NCBI RefSeq assembly: GCF_032191835.1
Contig: NC_083230.1
Coordinates: forward strand, 80,910,001-80,974,000
Source: Heteronotia binoei
Taxonomy: Eukaryota
Length of the DNA: 64,000 nucleotides
Direction of reading: 5' to 3'
Part shown: in pieces, positions 56,921 through 64,000 of the stretch
How positions within the stretch are numbered: position 1 is the stretch's first letter
How the letters are laid out: every line of letters begins with the position of its first letter
Notes under the pieces: model-generated
Told to the model about the DNA's origin: nothing
Seen by the model: the letters and a program-made list of their open reading frames with translations, nothing else
Databases searched by the model: none
Made by a program: the position numbers and the translations under genes

Positions 56921-57697
56921 CTCTCTCGCTCTCGGGTTGACTTCGCGAACGAAGATTTAAGAAGGGTGCAGTAGTCCACGTCTGCTGCAGGCTCGCTGGT
57001 GGCTGACAAGACCAATGCGGGACAGGCAGATCCGGCCACAGTGGCTGCAGGGAAAAGTCTGATTTGGGTTTGGTGCTGTAGCAGTGCGATTCTTCCTCAA
57101 TCTCCTTTTGTCCTCAAGACCAGCTATGCGTGCGTTCTCAAAGGAAGAGACAGCCTGGTGGATGGTGTGCCTCCATGCTTTGCGATCTGAGGCTAGGTCA
57201 GACCACTGGTGATGGTTGATGCGACAGGTGCCAAGGGATTTCTTCAAGGAGTCCTTGTACCTCTTCTTTGGTGCCCCTCTATTTCGATGGCCGATGGAAA
57301 GTTCGCCATACAGAGCAATCTTGGGAAGGCGGTGGTTTTCCATCCTAGAAATATGCCCTGCCCAGCGCAGCTGCGTCTTCAACAGCAGTGCTTCGATGCT
57401 TGTAACCTCCGCCCTCTTGAGGACTTCAGTGTTGGTCACAAAGTCACTCCAGTGGATGTTGAGGATGGTGCGAAGGCAGCGCTGATGAAAGCGCTCGAGG
57501 AGTCGCAGGTGATGACGGTATAAAACCCACGATTCGGAGCCGTAGATGAGGGTTGTCATCACAACCGCTTTGTAAACATTGATCTTTGTGCCTTTTTTCA
57601 GGTGCTTGTTGCTCCACACTCTTTTGTGCAGTCGGCCAAATGCACGGTTTGCCTTTGCCAGCCTGTTGTCGATCTCCTTGTCAAAGGAGACAAGGAG
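56921..57697 (-). mobile_element. Young 5'-truncated RTE-clade LINE (not BovB; resembles AviRTE-type elements)
   Basis: Uninterrupted ORF2 C-terminus (DKEIDNRLAKAN..YGSESW..QLRWAGHISRM..C-x2-C-x12-H-x3-C zinc finger); 3' hairpin cttcgttcgcgaag; GA-rich tail; 9-bp TSD atcaatagt (56912-56920, 57698-57706). Confidence 0.92.
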
Positions 57698-58056
57698 ATC
57701 AATAGTGTATTATGCACATTACAACATATGGGTTGCGGGCAAAATTAGTGATTTTTAAATAGACATATCCTTGAAAAATATCTGGTATACAGAATAATGT
57801 CCTCTAATACTGTCTTACTGAAAAACATTTATACTACATAGTTTGAGAGAATATTTTCATTCCACAAAACGCGATCTCCATGGCATTCAACTCATTAAAA
57901 AGGTACCTTTTCAGTGTTCTTCAGATTTTTGAATTTCCATTATAAACTTTTGAGCCAGATCCCACTTTGTACAGCAGTTGCTTGTTGCCTGTATACCAGG
58001 GATCACAAGCCTCTTAATGAGAGCTATGTCTTAGTACTGAAAAGTATCCCAAGTAG

Positions 58057-58262
58057 CCCTGACCTGGTTAATCCAGGCAAGCCTGATCTCATCAGATCTT
58101 GGAAGCTAAGCAGGGCTGACTCTGGCAAGTAGTTGGATGGGAGACCTCCTTGGAATATCAGGAGTTGGGAAGATAGGGGCAGGCTTTATTCATCCACCTC
58201 TCTGAACAGCCTCCAGGCTCCCAGTAGAATTTGACATGACTTCCAGGTGTATGCGCACACAC
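58057..58262 (+). mobile_element. 5S rRNA-derived SINE
   Basis: A box gaagctaagcaggg and C box tggatgggagacc are intact. Confidence 0.82.
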
Positions 58263-59328
58263 AAAAAAAACTCAGAGTAGATCTTTTTGCAGTCTTTTCC
58301 TGAGTCAGGGAGACTGTAGCAGTTCACCTGTATTTCTAGTTGCTATATTTTGCTCGTTTGTGTTGTGATCTGCTCATCTTCTCATAAGCGAAGACAAAAA
58401 ATAGTTCCTTGGTAACTGTGGTTAATGGGAGTAATTAGGGTTTATGCTTGTTTTCTTAATGAATTAAATATTTGTAAAGAAAAAAATTCACTTGTTCAAG
58501 CTGTGTGGTATGAAAATATTTAGGGAAGATAATTGAACTTTTGTCTTGTTACACAAATAATGGAAAGAAAGAGGCTGTAGAAGGTTATTATTAATATAGT
58601 TCCACCCAAATTGGGGTTAACATGATTCTGTATAGAAGTGGAGACGTCTCATCATGCATCCTACATAATTTCTTTTCCTAAACATTGGTCTCACCTATGG
58701 AGATGCCAAAGAATGAATTGTGAAATATTTTAGCAGGCTAAGGGTTCCATTGTGCATTTCTGAGCTAATTACTTTGTTCAGATTTTAAAAATTTGATACT
58801 AATCTTTGTATTTAAAGAGTGCAAAAGTGGAAGGTTGAAAAAATGGCTTGACTGTCAGAAATGTAGTCCAGTATATGCTGAGGATTTTCTGTTGGGAGGC
58901 AGATCTTTCTTTAAATCTTTTATTCAGTTGCTCATCTTGTCTCAGTTAAGGTTCAGTTTTACTTGAAGCGATATGAGGATTTTACTCTGGTCCTAAAATT
59001 ATTATAGGGCAGAAGGATGTAGGTGCATGTACAAAATTTGCTTCTGCCTTTTTTATTTTTTGCTTTTGTTTGCTTGTTGCTCCTTGCTGTGCATAGGCAT
59101 ATTGCAAGGGAGTGAAATATGGCTGTTTCCTACAAGTCTCTGAATACTGCTGTCAGCACTTGTCTCATTGTATGTGGCAATGTGTTATAAGAAACAAGTA
59201 TAGTTCATTCCTCTGTGTGTCTACTTGCATGGCAGAGTGTGTGTTATAGAAAGGCTTTTAAAAGGACACCCCAAATCTCAGCAACTTAAATCTAAGTATT
59301 CATAAAATTAGGGTTAAGGAAAGGGATA

Positions 59329-59620
59329 AGAGCCCCATGACGCAGAGTGGTAAAGCTGCAGTACTGCAGTCTGAACTCTGCTCATGACCTGAGTTCTGTC
59401 CCAACGGAAGCTGGGTTCAGGTAGCCGGCTCGGGTTGACTCAGCCTTCCATTCTTCTGAGGTCGGTCAAATGAGTATCCAGCTTGCTGGGGGAAAAGTGT
59501 AGATGACTGGGAAGGCAATGGCAAACCATCCGTAAAAAGTCTGCTGTGAAGTCGTTGTGAAAGCAACGCCACCCCAGAGTTGGAAACGACTTGTGCTTGC
59601 ACAGGGGACTACCTTTACCT
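59329..59620 (+). mobile_element. Full-length tRNA/BovB-tail SINE
   Basis: tRNA head, family core, acctttacct tail. Confidence 0.88.
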
Positions 59621-60802
59621 TTTTAGGGGAAGGGAATATTCTTCTTTCTCTGACATGACTTACATGGTTTTTATTGTCTCATTGCTCAGGGCAGTAACAA
59701 AAATGTTTAAGGTGGTCACTGTAGATTTTTATCTCTTCCTTTTGAAGATGGTTAAAAGGCAAGGTCCAGTATTGCAGGCATCACCTGTCAAATTCTTATC
59801 ACACTTCTGTCACTGTATTGTGAAACCTGTTTTGGCTTTCCTCTAGCAGTGGCCTGTGGTAGAGTGACACAAGAAATGGATATTAATATTCGACACATGG
59901 CTTCTTACAATGAATAGAAGAAATTGTTAGCCCATTTGCTCTTTTTAATTTATGTTTAGAACTTGAAAAACATTCTTGACATTGCAGTATGATATAGTTA
60001 GTGCTTTGGTAGTGAGCATGATGGAATTTCGTTTGGGAGACTTGGGTTCAGATCCCCAGAGCACTCACTGGGTGACCTGATTTATTACATTTGTGTTCTA
60101 ACTTTCTTCAAGGGATTTCAAGCCAGTGTACACAGGGTCCCCAGATGAGCTCTCATGCAGGAACAGACTTGCTTAGGTTCAACAAAGTTTATCATGTGCT
60201 TTCAGGCATTTATCAGATCCTTGGATAGTTGCTTTCTTGCAGCCTTACCTACTTAAGGTTATTTTTAGTGTAAAATGAGTGTCCACTTAAACTACTCTGA
60301 GCTTTTTAGAGGAAGGACAGAATAATAAATAATAAATTTCTGTTCTCTGTTCAGAACATGTATATACAGTCTTTACACCAGATAAGGCATTCTGAGGGGA
60401 TCAACACCTCTGCCATCTCTTTATTATTTTATCTTGCTAGGAATGCTCATCAAGCATGGGGCAAGTCCCTGTGTTTCCCACTTCAGCTTCTATCTCTAGG
60501 CTGTGTGTATAGAACAACCAACAGTTATATTCTATGCCCTCTTTGAGGTGCACATCAGCAGGATTGGATCATAGGACTTAAAGAAGTTTGGCTATGTTGT
60601 CCCTTATAGCTGGATGTGAGGGGAGGTAGGCAAATACAGATACTTTCTTGAAAGACAAGCGCAAAGGGGAAGGGAGCAAAAGACCATGTTTTCCCATTGT
60701 GTTTGTACACAGTGCCTGGCATACAAAAATTGAAAAAAATAGAAACCAGTTTCCTCTCTGCTGCCTTTAGATAAACAATGGAGGAAATTTTAGTTAAAAA
60801 GA

Positions 60803-61092
60803 TAAAAGGTAATCTCCTGTGTAAGCACCAGTTGTTTCTGACTCTGGAGTGACGTTGCTTTCGCAGTGTTTTCATGGCAGACTTTTTACAGGGTGCTTTG
60901 CCATTGCCTTCCCCAGTCATTTACACTTCCCCCCCAGCAAGCTGGGTACTCATTTTACCAACCTCGGAAGGATGGAAGGCTGAGTCAACCATGAGCTGGC
61001 TACCTGAACCCAGCTTCCGCTGCAATTGAACTCAGTTTGTGAGCAGAGCTTGGACTGCAGTACTTCAGCTTACCACTCTGCGCTATGGGGTT
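60803..61092 (-). mobile_element. Full-length tRNA/BovB-tail SINE
   Basis: Reverse complement of the family consensus seen at 59329. Confidence 0.88.
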
Positions 61093-61814
61093 CTTATAAA
61101 TTTTAGGTATCCTGCTGTAAAATGGTAACATAGGCAGTCTTGTAATACATCCAAATAGTGTTCAGCATATATTGCATGAAAAGTTTTTTGAACATTAAGT
61201 AGAAAACCAGGCCTGAATATAATGGTTTTTGGATTATAATGTCTTGGATTAGTAATGTACTGAGATCAATTTCTATGAATTTGCCTTACCAGATAAGAGC
61301 AGTGGTTCCTGTGGCATTCTTTAAAGGCTTTGAGCAGGGTTTCCCAATCTTGTTGAGCTTGTAGGCTCTCTCAAAATTCCAGAAGATAGCAAACACCACT
61401 AGAAAAAGACGGCTGTTAAGGGCACCTCAATATGTTTGTTTCTCTAGGAATGTCTGGGGACGCTTACTTAAATATATTTTACCTTACATTTGGTGGAGGG
61501 TGTTTGGTGTTCATTTTACTTGAATTTAGTGTGTATGGGAGTGGCGGTAGAAGATTTTGGTTTTTGCAAGGGGTCACTTCAGATAATAGTGTAGTGGCCC
61601 AGGCTTACTAATATTTATCCAACTGAAATTGTGGAGGCTTTAGTTACCATTTACTAGTCTTTGCAGGGTAAGGAATTTTGATAGTTGAAAGCATTACTGA
61701 AAAGTTTATAAACGCCTGTGTACAGTAGTTTGGGCTGTGTGTAAAGATAATCTAGTTTTTTATTTTTGTGAGTATTTGTGCGTGTGTGCATGCATGTGTG
61801 CACATGCCTGGAAA

Positions 61815-61997
61815 TCATGGTTGACTTCTGGCACCCCTAGTGGGGGTTGGACATTTCAGGAAGGTGCCTTGCTATTGCCTGCCTCTGTGTCCTGGCTGTG
61901 GTATTCCTTGGAGATCTCCCACTTTGCCATGATTGGCCCTGCATAGCTTCTGAGATCTAACAAGATTGGGCTTGCCTGGGCTATCCAGGTCAGGGCT
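61815..61997 (-). mobile_element. 5S rRNA-derived SINE
   Basis: Reverse-complemented 5S-like head. Confidence 0.7.
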
Positions 61998-63427
61998 AAG
62001 ATGGCTTAGTTTTGGCATTTATATCTCATCCTCCAAGGAGCTCAGTTTAGCTAACTTCATTTTCTTCTTTATTTTATCCTTACAGTAGCCATATGAAGTG
62101 AGTTAGGCTGAGAAAGAATGACTAGCTGAAGTTTACCCAGTTGGCTGAGTCAGGGTTTGCACTTGGGTCTCACAATCCAAGCTTGGCAATCACTGTGCTA
62201 CATTGGCTTTCCTGACTGAGACTGGGAAGTGCAGTTTCTCCATTCCCCTGCCCACATTCCCTTCTCTCTTCCAAGTCTTCCCATAGTTTACATCTCATGG
62301 TGAAGGTCCCTCCTCCCTTTCAGCTGCAAGCAGCATTGGTGAAGAAAGGACAGGCCATTGCTTTGTCTCCCAACCCATAGAAGGTGACAGTAAAAGCAGT
62401 CATGAAAGGTAAACGAGTTTATACACTTTATTTTTTCACTTTAAGAGCTAACTAAAGGTTCAGGCAACAGGTGAACAGTCATTTTTTCTTGAACAATTAG
62501 AGCATGTATCAAACTTAGCAGTCTTGCCACTAAAAGTTATAAAGAATACCTTACCTTGTCTTAATCTAATGTGTAAAAATTCTTAATAAACTTTGCCAAT
62601 GGCTCTTCTCTGCACTTTTGTTTGTAATAATTGCTCGAGGTCTGAAGGTTGTGTATTGTAATATGTTAGTGTTTCTGTTTAATACTTCTGCCTGACTCTC
62701 GAGTACAGTGTGTATTTCTTAAAGGATATACAAGATTAGTAGTCTTTTAGCAACACTCTTGTAGTTTTCTGCTTTTTTTCTAATTGCGATCATAAGGAGA
62801 GAGTGCTGTATCCAGCTATAACGCAACATCTACTTAACATCACTGTATCCCAAAGATTACAATTTCTTTTGGCGTCCTAACTACATTTGCCAGAGTCATT
62901 AACTTGTGGCTGTTTTTAAATGAAAGAAAAGTAGTCACTGCTTCCCAAAATAGCTTTCCCCTGCATGCCACCTGCTGCTGCTAGTTGATGCAGGTTGCTT
63001 AGCAATTCTTAAATGAGGAGGAAATTGCCATTACCTTGGTAACTCTTTTCCTAAATAGAGAATGATTTAAAAGAGCAGAGAATAGGGAAGAGGCATTTGT
63101 AACAAGGTCTTCACTTTTTTAGGAAATCACTTTCTCAATTTTCTGCCTTAAAATTATTGGTTAGCAGTGTAACCTTTGACAGGTGTGTATAGGAATGTAT
63201 GATATAACTGCAGTATACTTAGCTTGAAAGTGTATTCAGTTATGTTGGGGCTTCAAGCTTTAATCAGTTGGCTAGTCTTAAACAGAGGAGCTGTGTGTTA
63301 AAGGCACCCACTTCACTGTGTTTCTATCTCTTTAAGTGATGTAAGGCAGAAAATAGCCATTCATTTTAATGAGTGATATCTTTTTGTTAAACTGCAAAGT
63401 TATTTTATACTGCTTTATTTCTCCATT

Positions 63428-63708
63428 AGAAGAAGAAGATGATATTGGATTTATATCCCGCCCTCCACTCCGAAGAGTCTCAGAGCAGCTCACAATCTCC
63501 TTTACCTTCCTCCCCCACAACAGACACCCTGTGAGGTGGGTGGAGCTGGAGAGGGCTCTCACAGCAGCTGCCCTTTCAAGGACAACCTCTGCCAGAGCTA
63601 TGGCTGACCCAAGGCCATTCTAGCAGGTGCAAGTGGAGGAGTGGGGAATCAAACCCGGTTCTCCCAGATAAGAGTCCGCACACTTAACCACTACACCAAA
63701 CTGGCTCT
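63428..63708 (-). mobile_element. MIR-derived SINE (Squam3-like)
   Basis: Near-identical inverse of 25093-25371; (TTC)n-like tail. Confidence 0.9.
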
Positions 63709-64000
63709 GTACTTTATAAATATTCAACCAGTGGCTCAAATTTAAAATGTTATATTAAGCTGCACATGTAGTGTCCATAGAACACAAGAAATGTGTCTTT
63801 AGATTTTGTTTTATAGAAAACCATGCCTACAGATCAGTAACCCATGAGCAGCTCATTGATGGTGAGGAATACTGTCTGGCTTCCCAGCTTGTTTGTAGCC
63901 CACTATTGGCAAGTTTAGCTGTTGCATGTTGGGATACAAAGAGGTGAACATACAGGATAAGGGATAGAGTGAGAAAGGGTATGCACAGTGTATGTTGAGT

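Noticed and set aside
1-64000. CRISPR arrays, rRNA or intact tRNA genes
   Set aside because: None seen; the tRNA-like and 5S-like sequences are all SINE heads.

Overview
This is vertebrate genomic DNA, inferred to be squamate and probably gecko from its SINE and MITE families. It is repeat-rich, and no complete host gene was recognised. (1) Bases 1-4.4 kb hold an internally deleted, decayed class I (gamma-like, HERV-E/ERV3-type) endogenous retrovirus on the minus strand. (2) Bases 8860-14511 hold a full-length, very young DIRS1-type tyrosine-recombinase retrotransposon. It has inverted terminal repeats, an internal complementary region, and Gag-like, RT/RNaseH/methyltransferase and recombinase ORFs; its only visible lesion is one in-frame TGA in the recombinase. 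It also carries signals suggesting how its three overlapping ORFs could be expressed: a leader intron, an alternative acceptor 4 nt before the recombinase ATG, and a UGA-CUA readthrough context. (3) A CpG-island promoter at about 28.9-30.2 kb serves an unidentified plus-strand gene, with a first exon ending at 29700 and a small exon at 56012-56065. (4) The rest is SINEs (tRNA- and 5S-derived), CR1, L1, RTE, BovB and Penelope fragments, hAT and Harbinger-type MITEs, and a tailless 7SK retrocopy. All family assignments come from recalled motifs; no database search was run.
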